Shown here: positions 52,356-64,000 of the stretch, piece by piece
How positions within the stretch are numbered: the stretch's first letter is position 1
How the letters are laid out: each line of letters begins with the position of its first letter
Program-made: the position numbers and the translations under genes
Notes under the pieces: generated by a model
The model's input: only the letters and a program-made list of their open reading frames with translations
The model's database searches: none
Told to the model about the DNA's origin: nothing
DNA from: Octopus sinensis
Taxonomy: Eukaryota
DNA length: 64,000 nucleotides
Reading direction: 5' to 3'
Assembly (NCBI RefSeq): GCF_006345805.1
Contig: NC_042999.1
Location: forward strand, 57,908,001-57,972,000

Positions 52356-52392
<37 letters not shown>

Positions 52393-53599
52393 TAATAATC
52401 TTTCAAAGCGGTATATATATATACCGCGTTGAAAGATTATTACTAAAATATTTGGTGACAACCTTAGGTAGTGGTAAGTAGAAATACTAAATGAACCAGT
52501 AATTTGAGATGTAGATGTTGTAAGATTACGAAGCAACTGTTCACGATATTGCATGTTAGGTATTTTATTTGTGTATGTAAATAAATATAACAATCACGCA
52601 CATACGCTCGTGTGTACTCTTGCTTATACAGTACATAGTTATTAAGGCAGATGCGATGATGAAAATATGGGGAAGTCAAAAAGCAGGCTGAAGGGAGGGC
52701 GTGTGGTGGGGGATATAAAGATGGTTCGGATGATGCGCAACCCAGGACAGTCAAAATAGCCTACCCATATCTGTATCGTTGCAGTACATATAATTGCTTA
52801 ATATGATAAAAGGATGGTAGTCACATATATGTACATGTGTGTGTTCAAATAAGGATAATGAGAAAAAGCTATTATATATATATATATAATACATATGTAT
52901 GTATATATATATATAAAATACATATATATGTATATATATAAAATACATATATATATATATTATATATATGAGAGGCGTACAACGTTTGTTATTTTGAAAT
53001 CATAATATTTATAAGCACAGTATACGTGCGCACATACATACTATAACATATATATATATATATATATATACACTTCCATTCATACACATGGTGTATGTTT
53101 GTGTGGGAAAACACTTCTATGTATCGTTGTTTGTGTTTACACTTTTTGCCAATTGTAAGAGTGTAATACGTCAAGGGACATAACTAGGTTTTTTGTGCCC
53201 GATTTCCTTCCATAGACGCCAGTTTTATTAGCTATAGTCACATGATCTCTCCTCCTCCTCCTTCTGCTGCTCCGTCTCCTCCTCCTTCCGCTCCTCCTCC
53301 TCCTCCTCCAATTACCAATGTCTATTCATTACAATGGAAGACTGTGGAACAGGTCTTTGTGAAATATATAAACAGCTGCGTACATGTCTTCCTAACCATT
53401 GATCTAAATCATAGCAAGCAAGCGAGAAAAAACATAAATCTCTCTCTCTCTCTCTTGCAAGGGAAGGTTGGAAAAAAAAAAGAAAGAAAGAAAAGGCAAA
53501 AAGAAACACTCGTATGTTTCCTAAATGTTGATTTTAATTACGTTATAAATGGCCATGTACCCTCGTCACTAGATTTGCTTCAAAGGGGAAATCTGATGC

Positions 53600-53666
53600 T
53601 GTTTCAAGACGAGTGTTGGTGTAAAGTGAACTTTCTGCTGTCACCATGGAAAATGGCTGACAATTG
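53600..53666 (+). other. Candidate 5' exon end (ATG GCT GAC AAT TG / GTAAGA)
   Basis: Good donor at 53667; overlapping 4-codon upstream ORF ATGGAAAATGGCTGA; exon start unknown. Confidence 0.22.
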
Positions 53667-53966
53667 GTAAGACATTGTTCCGGCCCTTTTTATATATATA
53701 TATATCTATTTAATTCATTACTTTCTAATTGGATTTATCGCCTTGTATAAACCATCCTTCAGTGTTTGTGATTTCCTCCAAAGGACTCTTAAGTTAATTT
53801 TAATTTAATTTCATACTTTTTATATATATTAAAAAAAAAAATTTCACATGGAACTTATTTCATTTACGTCTAGCGTCAAGTACTTTCCCATCAATGATTG
53901 AATATTTCCGAAAAAGCGCTTTATTGCTGTTTTGCATTTTACACATGCACACACACACACATACGT

Positions 53967-54025
<59 letters not shown>

Positions 54026-54560
54026 GTGTGTGTATTCATACATTTTCATTCGATCTTTATTTAATCAACAATTAAAGACTAAGCAATATTTTTGTAAGTG
54101 ATATAAAAACAAGTATTAGTTTACCGGATATGAGTAGAAAACTAACTAATTTTTAATTATTATATTATCGAAGTATATTTAACCTTCCTGTTTCAGTTCT
54201 CTCTATTAATGTCTAATGCTTGATCGACTCTTAACTAATTTTGTTTTCCTAGCTTTTTTTTTTTCTTTCATTTTTTTTCTCGCTGTTGTAAATCACTTAA
54301 GATAAATGTCTCTCTTCATGAATATATATGATCTATGTGGATGTCAGTTCTGCTAACGAATATATTTGTTTATTTCTACCACCGCTTCGTTTGTGTTACA
54401 AAGATTTCTCATGAATCTTCTTAACCAAAATATAAATCTCAACTATTTTTTTTTTTTATTATCCGAATGCTTTATTTATATGAAAATGCTAATTCTATTT
54501 ATCTTATCTGCTCGGGAAATTGATACATAAAATTACATGTAATATACACACACACACGCA

Positions 54561-54765
54561 TGTGTGTGTGTACATATACGTTTACACGTTTCAGCCCAAA
54601 GGCTTTTGCCATACTGGAGCAACATATACAACACACATACACGTACACAGACCCCCACATACACGCATGTGTGTGTATGTGGGGGTCTGTGTACGTGTAT
54701 GTGTGTTGTATATGTTGCTCCAGTATGGCAAAAGCCTTTGGGCTGAAACGTGTAAACGTATATGT

Positions 54766-54776
<11 letters not shown>
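54561..54776. repeat. Near-perfect ~216-bp palindrome containing a SINE-tail-like fragment and (CA/TG)n
   Basis: GTTTCAGCCCAAAGGCTTTTGCCATACTGGAGCA mirrored around CACGCATGTG. Confidence 0.93.
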
Positions 54777-54800
<24 letters not shown>

Positions 54801-57800
54801 CCTATGTATATATACATGCATCTGTATACATGTATATTTGTGTGTTTATATATATATATATATAAAAGTATTATATGTATAATATTTTTTTTTGTGTACA
54901 AGATTTGTTTATTTTATATTCTCAATTATTCAAGATATAAACATTTTCGTTTCGTTTGGTTTTATAATGGATTTTGTTTTCCATCTTTTAAATAATTTGC
55001 GGATAAAGTATTATTAATGTTTTCAATTTATTAAAAAAGAAAAAAAAAATGTACACAATATTTTCAGTACCTGATTTCTGAATAATTTGTACCTAATTCC
55101 AATACTTGATCTTTGAGGCTTTATAAGATCGATAAACACATCTTATATATAATTTATTTTGGTAAATTTTAACGTTGGGAATGACAGTGATACTGAGAAA
55201 TAGCAATTTTGCACAGATTTTCATTTTAGAGGGAAAGAGTATTTTCGTTTTCATTTTTTTATTTTCTTAGTCTTTAATTTATTCCTATACTATGATACAG
55301 AATTAGTTATTACATCCCAATATTATGACAGAATGCCTTAATTGTATATATATATATATATATATATCGTTATACGTAAATTGTTTTTGAAATGTTTTTT
55401 TAGACACAAGTTGAAAGTAATGAACGAAAATAACCTTTATACTTATACAAGGAAGTAGAATAGTTATTTAATCTATTAACTATCACCCTGGCTTAAATTA
55501 TTGCAATTTATATAAGGTGGCGGCGGGGGGGGGGGGCAAGTAAAGAAAAAAAGGTGAAACACGGTTGTACTGAGGACGTCCATGAGTGGGGTTTATAATC
55601 AACCTTATGTCAATAATACCTACCAGAGAGGCTGAGTTGTTTGTAGATTATTTTACAAGGTTACAAGGAATTGCTTAAATGTATACAAAATATATATATA
55701 CAACTATATTTTTATGCTATATTTAATAAAACAAAGATGGCCTTGTTCAGTGTTAGAAGTTCATTCGTTTCATTTTTATATTAGATGCTTTTATATCTTG
55801 GAATGTTTGAAATGAGTTATGGGAGAAATGCTGGTAAATTTACAGAAAGGAAACATCTTATTGTTTGGCCCCAGTTTAGTACTGATCCAGCAGACATGCT
55901 CAAAGGCGTTCCAGTCGTAACCATTCCGTCTTATTTTATTCTGATGTACTATACCTAGGTTTATATTATCCAATATATCATGCATTTTTTTTGAAAACGG
56001 TAGGGTGTCGAACGTTCACGTAAAGACTGTCTCTCTCGATGGCTGATTGTTGTTGTTTAGTACCACGAAAGAGATAAAAGGCTTTACAGTATTGACCGCC
56101 CTGTCTTTATATAAATCGGATCACATTCAATACATCCCTGCCTTAAGGGAGATGTGGCTGCTATTTCTAACCTGTCGGGTGGTCGCGTAAAGAATTCCTC
56201 GACTCGAGAAAACACCTGGTGATCAGTACTGGCGTGGGTCTGTACTTTATTTAGATTCAATCAAACATAAGGTAGCGGAATTATCATTGAAACTGGATGA
56301 AGTAAAACAAAGCGCAATCGTCCTTATTTGCTGTAGAAACGCAACAAAGAAAATTCAGATAATTTGTATGCATCACAACAACTCCTTAGTAATCGCAGCA
56401 TCTTTCAGAGAAGCGTCATCAAGCATTGGGATGGATCGGAATAAACTAAACGTATCTTTACATCGAAAATTCCAAGTTATTTTATCAGAAACAATAAAAA
56501 TATGGAGTTTAGTTTCAGAGGATTTACTAATTTTTAAGTATTAAAACTGTTACCATAGGAATAGTTGGTACATGTTTAAATAAAGCATTGCATTTGTGTT
56601 TAATTTCCATTTGTGAGTTAGTATATCATGAATTTCTAAGGATATGATATAAATATATATATAAACTGATTTGTAACCAATCTTGATGTCAAACAGGAGC
56701 TAAATCATATCTTACTGTTTAAAAAAAAGGACATATTAGATAGTGTGCAGACTTGTAGTGTTTCCCATAGGTGTGGAGTGAGAGGATTCAAAAGAGGGCA
56801 GATAAATTGCTGTGTTTAATAAAATGAAAATATTTCTAAACATAGTGAAGAAAGAATTGTTATATGGATGCAAACTCTTTTGTCTTCACATTAATCAAGT
56901 GAGAAGGAGGTTGAAAATATGGTATGTATTTTTCTGGTTTGGCTGGTATTTTTCTGTTGGAGAGTCACTGATCTATTGCTGCCTGGAAAAAAAAACTACA
57001 GGACTGTCACAGACAGCCAGAGCATCTTTGATCTAGGTTTTGCTCAATCAGAGCTGAGTAGGTGCTGAACAACAACATTTCTAATACAATCTTGAAAAAA
57101 GGAGGTGTACATTGATAATATATTCCTAGATATGTTATGATTGGCACACATTTGATCATAGGTCCTGTCAGTGAATCTTGGTAGGTTAATTTTCTTTACC
57201 TTTAGCCATTCAAATCTTAAACTTCACATCATATGATTGGTGTGTATATTAGTAAGAAAAAAGTTTGTGGTACATATTAAAGAATGAATATAAGTTGGGA
57301 AAGCCTACTTTTTGTATTAATAATGCTAAGGGATTACTCTTTGTATTATTAATGCTAAAGGTCTAACGTTTGTAAGGAATAGATTTTCAAGACAGTGCAA
57401 AAATGAATGGTTAATGTGTAAACAGTATTAGTCAACAAATATCATGTGGAACTATGAAGATCTAGTTTTAATATGTCCAAGAAAAACAAATAGAAAATAA
57501 GGAACCAGAAGAAATTATTGATAGCATTCTTAGTGAGACTTGGTATAACAGATTCTTGATATATAACAACTGAATATTTTTTTTCTTTCCATTAATACAA
57601 GAATTTGATAAATATTTGATAAGATTCTGAACACTAGTACTTCGTACGTGTAGATGACTCATTAGATTTGTAGTGGTGGTGGTGGTGGGGATTTGATCCA
57701 AACAGTTGTTGGATATTTGTACTGTGAGACATTCAGTTATGAACATTTGTTTCTGCTTCTCTAACCCTTCATATTAGCTTTCAAGTAAATAAGGCTACTT

Positions 57801-58571
57801 CTGTGGTTGTTCAATATGCTAAAAATGTTAGCCAAATCTCCTTGAAATCACACTACTTGTCTTATAAAAAAAAGATACATTGGACAGTGTCATTCTGGTT
57901 ATACAGAAAGATGAGGTGGTCATGGTGGAATGTTTTTGATCATAGATATGGCCAGTAAAAGCTGACCTCAAGTGAAATAGCAGTAACAGCTTTTCAGATG
58001 GACATGATTACTTATGTAAATGTACTGAGCAGTGTTATTAGCGATAGAAATTTATAGCAAAGTGAAAAGGTTTATGTGTTGGATCAGCTAAATTAAAATT
58101 AGCACAATTGAAGCTGGGTTGTGAGCTTACCTCATTGGGAACTTATTACAGTTCAGTGCTTACCATTAGCAAGATTATTTAAAACCTATTGCAGTTGACT
58201 TTGTTTTTCATACTTCAAGGGTTGATAAAGTACCAGCTGTGTACTGAGTCAGTTTAATTCACTGTATTTCCTTTCTAAAATGTGCCAGTGTTAGATATCA
58301 ATGATATTGACTCTTTTGTTACCATGTTTTTGTTGACATAGATTGCCTCTGTTTCAATTAATTTTGAAAATAATTTAATAAAACAACTGTGTTATTATAC
58401 TGGAGTTTGGAACATGGATTAGCATGAAATTTTGATGGTAGATTTTAATTTAGATCACTTTAAAATGGAGTTTGTCTTGTAGAATTAGGGGTGGTCTTGG
58501 ATGCATTGGTATCAAATGGGCTCCTATCACTTTTCATGTATATGAGGTACAGCCACGGCTATTGGTTATGA

Positions 58572-58830
58572 AGTTTGCTTTGCAACCTTGTGATTTTAGG
58601 TTTTATCCCACTGCGTAGTACTTTGGGCAAGTACCTTCTGCTATGGCCTTGAGTTTATCATTGCTTTGTGAGTAAAATTTAGCAGACTGAAACTATATGG
58701 AAGTTCATTGTGTGTGTGTGTCTCCATATGTCTTTGCATTAACACCACTTGGGAAGAGGTGATTTTATTCATGTCCTGCTACTTAGCAGTTTGATGTATC
58801 AAAACCAATATAGAATAAAGTACCTTATTT
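58572..58830 (+). mobile_element. Old SINE family A
   Basis: ACTTTGGGCAAGTACCTTCTGCTATGGCC, GACTGAAACT remnants. Confidence 0.65.
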
Positions 58831-58984
58831 GAAAACAAGGGTTAGCACCAGGAAGGCCATCCAGCTGTAGAATACTACCTCAAGTTTCATCCAACCCATG
58901 CATGAAAAAAGCAGTTATAAAAATAACCATCTCTTCATAGGGCCTTATCAGAAGCAACTGTCATTAGACTTTCCAGATGGATTC

Positions 58985-59230
58985 TCAGTTGTGATGGAGA
59001 CTATGGATATTATCCAACTATCTCATTCTTGGTTTGCTCCTAGATCTCCTGCTAGTTTGCTCAGCTCGAAGAATCCATCTTGCGATTCTTTCCTGTGACA
59101 CTCTGATCACTTGTCCGTAGTCCTGGAGTTGTAATCTGTCAATGTAGAGAAGTAGTGATTTGACCTGGAGAGACTCCAGTTTTTGAGCTGTGCACCCTCT
59201 CAAGTAACCTCACTACAGAGAAGACTACTC
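58985..59230 (-). mobile_element. RTE-like ORF C-terminal relic
   Basis: RLQLQDYGQVIRVSQERIARWIL...RSKPRMR resembles the RLxWxGHVxRM...GRPRxRW motif. Confidence 0.6.
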
Positions 59231-59944
59231 TTGTCCAATATACCATGCAGTTAGATTGAATTGAGAACCACAAGTTGAACTTCTTATCCACATACATCAT
59301 CATTTAGGTTTGACAGGAACTGATATGTCCAAGCACTGTATTGAGCTCCAATGTCTGCTTTGGCATGGTTTTTAAAGCTGGATGCCCTCCCTAACGCCAA
59401 CCACTTTACAGCATGGTCTGGGTACTTTTTTCGTGCCACGTGCACTATTGAGGTCACCAAGCAGTTTGTAGGACTATGAGCCCTGGGGTAGGTGGGAGAA
59501 TCAATTTCATGCTTGGGGGTGAGAGGAGTAGGTTTCTGAATATAAATTATGTAAAAGAATATACAGAATTCAAAATTATATAAAAGATGAATTATTTTCA
59601 TTATTTGTGTTGTGAAGAAACCTAAAAAGTATGTAAAGCCTTGCATTTTGGATTCAAATGGAATTATTGCTTGTGTCACATCTGTGGTATATACATGCAT
59701 AATAATGAAGAGCTGGTATTGTCAGCATACTACCATAATACTGAAAGGCTTTAGGTCAAAGTTTTTTTTATCTACCTGATATTGGCAAGTATCTATATGA
59801 GTAGCTGAGTTATATATCGTGTTGGTTCACAACTGAAGGCCTCTGTATTTTGAAATACTCAGTCACAGTTATGAAATTTCAAGTCACACGTTTTATGTAT
59901 GTGGTCCAGGATGTGTAAAAAGTCAATAGACAACATATTCTCAA

Positions 59945-60238
59945 TATAAAATAGTGTACATTCAAACACAAGAGAAAACTACCTTTAACAGGTAATTTTT
60001 TACACGCTAGAAGAAGCAGCCAAAACGAGCAAAGCCACATTTAATAGCAATTTTCAAAGGGAATGGAAAATGAAAACTTTTACCTTGTTATTTTTTTACG
60101 GTTATACGTAGGTTTCCATTCCCTTCGAAAATTGCTATTAAATGTGGCTTTGCTCGTTTTGGCTGCTTCTTCTAGCGTGTAAAAAAATTACCTGTTAAAG
60201 GTAATTTTCTCTTGAGTTTGAATGTACACTATTTTATA
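59945..60238. repeat. Fold-back, ~125-bp arms (~97% identical), 43-bp spacer
   Basis: TATAAAATAGTGTACATTCAAAC...GGGAATGGAAA mirrored; right edge abuts TATATA. Confidence 0.95.
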
Positions 60239-60243
60239 TATAT

Positions 60244-60560
60244 ATCATCATCATCATTTAACATCTGTTTTCCTTGCTAGCATGGGTTGGACAGTTCGAC
60301 TGGGGTCTGGGAAGCCAGGAGGCTGCACCAGGCTCCAGTCTGATATGGCAGTGTTTCTATAGCTGGATGCCCTTCTAAACGCCAACTGCTCCGTGAGTGT
60401 AGTGGGTGTTTTTTACATGCTACTGGCACAGGTGCCAGGGGGTGGCTGGCAACAGTCATGATCAGTTGGTGGTTTTTACGTACCACGGACACGGAAGCCA
60501 GTCAAGGCGGCGCTGGCATTGGCCACATACAGATGGTGCTTTTTACATGCCAGGGTAGGC
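60244..60560 (-). mobile_element. RTE-type 3' UTR element
   Basis: Same family as 35580-35838. Confidence 0.8.
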
Positions 60561-60832
60561 TGGCCATATATATATATATAATAATTTCATGTCCCCATGA
60601 TCAATACTTCCATGGGTTGGATGGTTTAACAGGATTTCATGGGTCTAAAGCCAACATTGTAATATTGTGCTCTGGGTGCTTTTTTCGTGCCACTGGCATT
60701 AGTGAGGTTGCCATACAGTGTGTAGGACTATGAAACCCAAAAGGTAGGGTTGGCTTTATGCTAGAGGTTGAGGGTTAAATTATGAGAAAAGGGAGGGGGA
60801 AGTACAGTGCAGGTTCTTGCAGAGGAGCTATC

Positions 60833-61200
60833 ATCATCATTGTTTGACCGTGGTCGAGACAATGGAATTTACTATGCTACGCCAGACTTCACGGTCCATC
60901 ATGGCATTATGGAGGTCCTGTTGGTGGATGCCTGTATCCCTGGAGATTACATCAGGGTAGGAGAGTGTGTGCCCTCTGGTATCACAAGTAGATGGCTTCC
61001 AGAGGAGAAGAGTAGAAATTGCCTCATTTTCAGCTCTACAACAATGTCCAGCAAACTGGACTCTCCTACCTTTCACAAGAGATGATACAGGTGGTAGTTT
61101 CCCATATATTTGTACTTTGGTTGGATGACGCCTCCAAGAGAGATTTTGAGCTCTCATAAGGAGGCGAGTGTAAGTTCCATCCAACTGCCTCTCAAGCTTC
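60833..61200 (-). mobile_element. Non-LTR retrotransposon ORF2 C-terminus (RTE-like, distinct family)
   Basis: DGTYTRLLMRAQNLSW...RRVQFAGHCCR...AMMDREVWR; (GAT)n-like tail. Confidence 0.8.
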
Positions 61201-64000
61201 TTTGAGGAGCTATATGGCTACTCACATTGAGAAGAGAAGGTGAGAATGATCAGTAGGAGCAGCAAAAGGGATACTGGTGATAAGATGTCCAGGTACAAGC
61301 CGAGAAGAAGTGGGGATAGAGGAACTGGAAGTGTGAGTGGGAATATGCAGGAGTGTATGGTGGTGGTGGTGACAAGAGATGGGAAATGGAAGAAGGGAAG
61401 TAGGTAACAACTGTAAATATCGGGCAGTGATGGTTAGTGGTGGGGGGATGACTAGTGATGCATGAGTTGGGAAAAGTAGAAGGATGCAGAATATAGTGGG
61501 GTGAGGGGATCAGTAGGATGGTAATAATGATACAGTTGACAGTGACAAGGACAAGAGTATGTGTGTGTGTGTGTATTTATATATAATAGAGTGGGTGAGA
61601 GACCAGCATGAGGAAATATTTAATATTTATAAGTATGGAAAATTATTACTGAAAATTGGTGACTAGTATCTTCATATTAAATGTAAATTCATGTAGATAC
61701 AGGAAGTTACTTGTGCTTTTCTTTGTGTGTAAAGTATTTTGATTGCTAATAGATTGGTTTTTAATTGTGGAAATTGTAATTTGAGGCAGAAAGTCTGAGT
61801 ACAAATGATTGTTTGTTTCAATGCAAACTAGTTTTAACTGTTCCCTAACATTTGCATGTTTATATAAGAATCTTCCCTTCAGTAAAGAGTTGGATAAAGT
61901 TTTAAATGTTGACATTGTCATTGTTGATTTGGTCTTAGAGTCAATGAAATTTAAATTTTGAATAGACTTTTAATTTTCTTGTATCTTTCATCAATATTGG
62001 TTGAGCTAGTGTCTGCTTAATGCACAGCTCTAATGGAAATAATCATATTCTCTGTTTAGGCCCAGATTAGCCCTAATCTATCAGACCATCTTGTTTTTTT
62101 TTAATTCAAGCATAGTGTATGTTGGACTATATTATTCAATGTCTTCCATTGTTTTTAAAGATGATAGTGTAATCTGAAGAAGGTTTGGCTCCTATTTTTA
62201 TCAGGTTCATTAGCTGCATAGAATTAATTACATTGTCATCTGTAATGTAGTTATGTGACAATAAATTATCTTGTTCATTGTATCTGTTTTGACTGATTTT
62301 TTTCACATAATATTAGTAGAAGGATTGTAGTAGAAGTTCAATGTAAATTGAGTTTGAAATTATAAATTTGGAAGTACAAAAATATTAAAGATTGATAAAA
62401 ACTCAGTAATATTTAATGGTTTTGTTTATTATGTTGAAAAACTGGAGGTAGAATTGGAATATTATGAATACTAGTGGGTATATATTAAATTTAGTTTGCA
62501 AAGTAAGATGAAAATGTTTTCGAAGTGGTGAGAATAGGTTGCTTTAGGAGTATTACAGAAAGTGATTGTGTGAATGTATTAGTTACTGGATGTGTGATAC
62601 AAGCAAGTATTGTTTGTTATGAATCTAGTTTGGAATTGAGGACAATAAACAAGATTCTGTTGAAAATTTTGTCATAGTTCTTAGTATGCAGATAAATATT
62701 TCAAGGTTTGAGTTCTTTGGTGCAAAGTTCACAAAACAAATTTTTCATACAAGGAAAAAAATTACTTGTCTACCCCCCCCCCCCCCGATTGAAATTTAAA
62801 CTGTTTATGATTTACTAAACTTTAAAAGATAATGTCCTATTCCTCCCTTGAATGAGGTATAACTAGGGGGCAACCTCCTGCTAATAATACACATCTGAGT
62901 AAGAAGTGTTCCTTGTCAGGAATTTTTTAAAGATTTTTTTTTTCTGATAAGATTTAGATTGCAGGATACTATGGATTGGGGAATAAATATAGAGTATAGA
63001 ATCATCGACCAAAGAATGTGAGAATTTTTGAAGTGCTTATTCTGACAGAAACTGGCCTGTCATTAGTAGAGAAGCTGACAATGATTCACTTTCTTTCAAA
63101 TAACTTGCTGGTTATTTATGAAAACTGAATCCAAACTTTCTTGTACGATCTTTTATTAGTAAACTTAGTAAACACAATAAATTGATGTTCCACAAGTTTT
63201 TGAAAATCAATATTTTCTTGATCACTTTTAGATTCTTATTACTGTTTCTGTTAGTTTTTATTGTATTCTTTATTGGTATAAAATTGTATAACCTATGCTA
63301 AGAAATATAGATAGGTCTTCCTAGCATGTAAATGTGAAATATATTGAATTACTACTGGAATAATCATTGATTTACTCACAACCATTTTAAACTATAGGGT
63401 GTGGGGTGTTTGTTTTCACTCTTAGATATATATATATGTTACTTTGTCTCTTTGTCTTGTAATCTGACCTTATTGTTTAGCCCCAGATCAACCTTGATTG
63501 AGCAGCTCTATGAGGAAAGGCATTTTAGCTGTTTCTTTTTGTTATTTAAGACAGTAAGATGTGATTTGGTTACTATTGTTTGTAGTTCAAGTGACCGTAC
63601 GAAAACATTAGGTTGACTATGTAAATAAGAACAGTGAATTGGCAGAGTGATAGAGTAGTATTTGTCGGTTCAAATCCCACCGAGGACAATTTTTTGCTTT
63701 TCATCCTTTTGGGTCAGTTAAATTAAATACTAGTTTTGACTGGTGAACTGATAGGATAATTTGATAGAGCATTGGATAAGAATTTTTGATGCTTATTCTG
63801 GTTTTTTGCATCCTAAGTTCTTGGGTGGTAGACTTAATTCATTGTTAGGTTTCACATCATGACCCAGTCCTTGATTACCTTTAACAGAGTACATTCTTTT
63901 GGAAGTCTTTGGGCTAGGCTTCTAGTTTGAGGATAACCAGAGGCCATTTTATAGGAAAAATCTTTTCTGTTTTGCCCTCTTAATGAGTGTACTCATGTGG

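Noticed and set aside
53242-53670. 142-aa proline-rich ORF
   Set aside because: Poly-Pro derives from a (CCT)n repeat followed by low-complexity sequence

Overview
AT-rich, microsatellite- and SINE-dense animal genomic DNA. The repeat families look like those I associate with octopod cephalopods (inference, not a database result). The only intact protein genes are four intronless replication-dependent histone genes in two divergent pairs, H2B<->H2A (1.2-2.3 kb) and H4<->H3 (8.5-9.6 kb), each with a 3' stem-loop; no H1 and no second repeat unit is visible. H2A, H2B and H3 carry non-canonical residues while H4 is canonical, both bidirectional promoters share an ATCACRTGAT-N19-21-CCAAT module, and a 154-bp 96%-identical inverted repeat brackets the H2B/H2A pair. 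The other ~54 kb holds three tRNA-derived SINE families, RTE-like LINE 3' ends, a Ty3/gypsy gag-pro-RT relic, several Tc1/mariner elements, a Mutator-type MITE and a 5'-truncated Penelope-like element (PLE). The most striking unexplained signal is a set of about a dozen hammerhead-ribozyme (HHR) motifs from at least four sequence families. About five retain an essentially complete type I fold with a self-complementary stem III; the rest are decayed. Many sit in fold-back inverted duplications next to (TA)n tracts, and similar fold-backs occur without a visible ribozyme. All structures and coordinates were read by eye; repeat boundaries are approximate and no ribozyme activity is shown.
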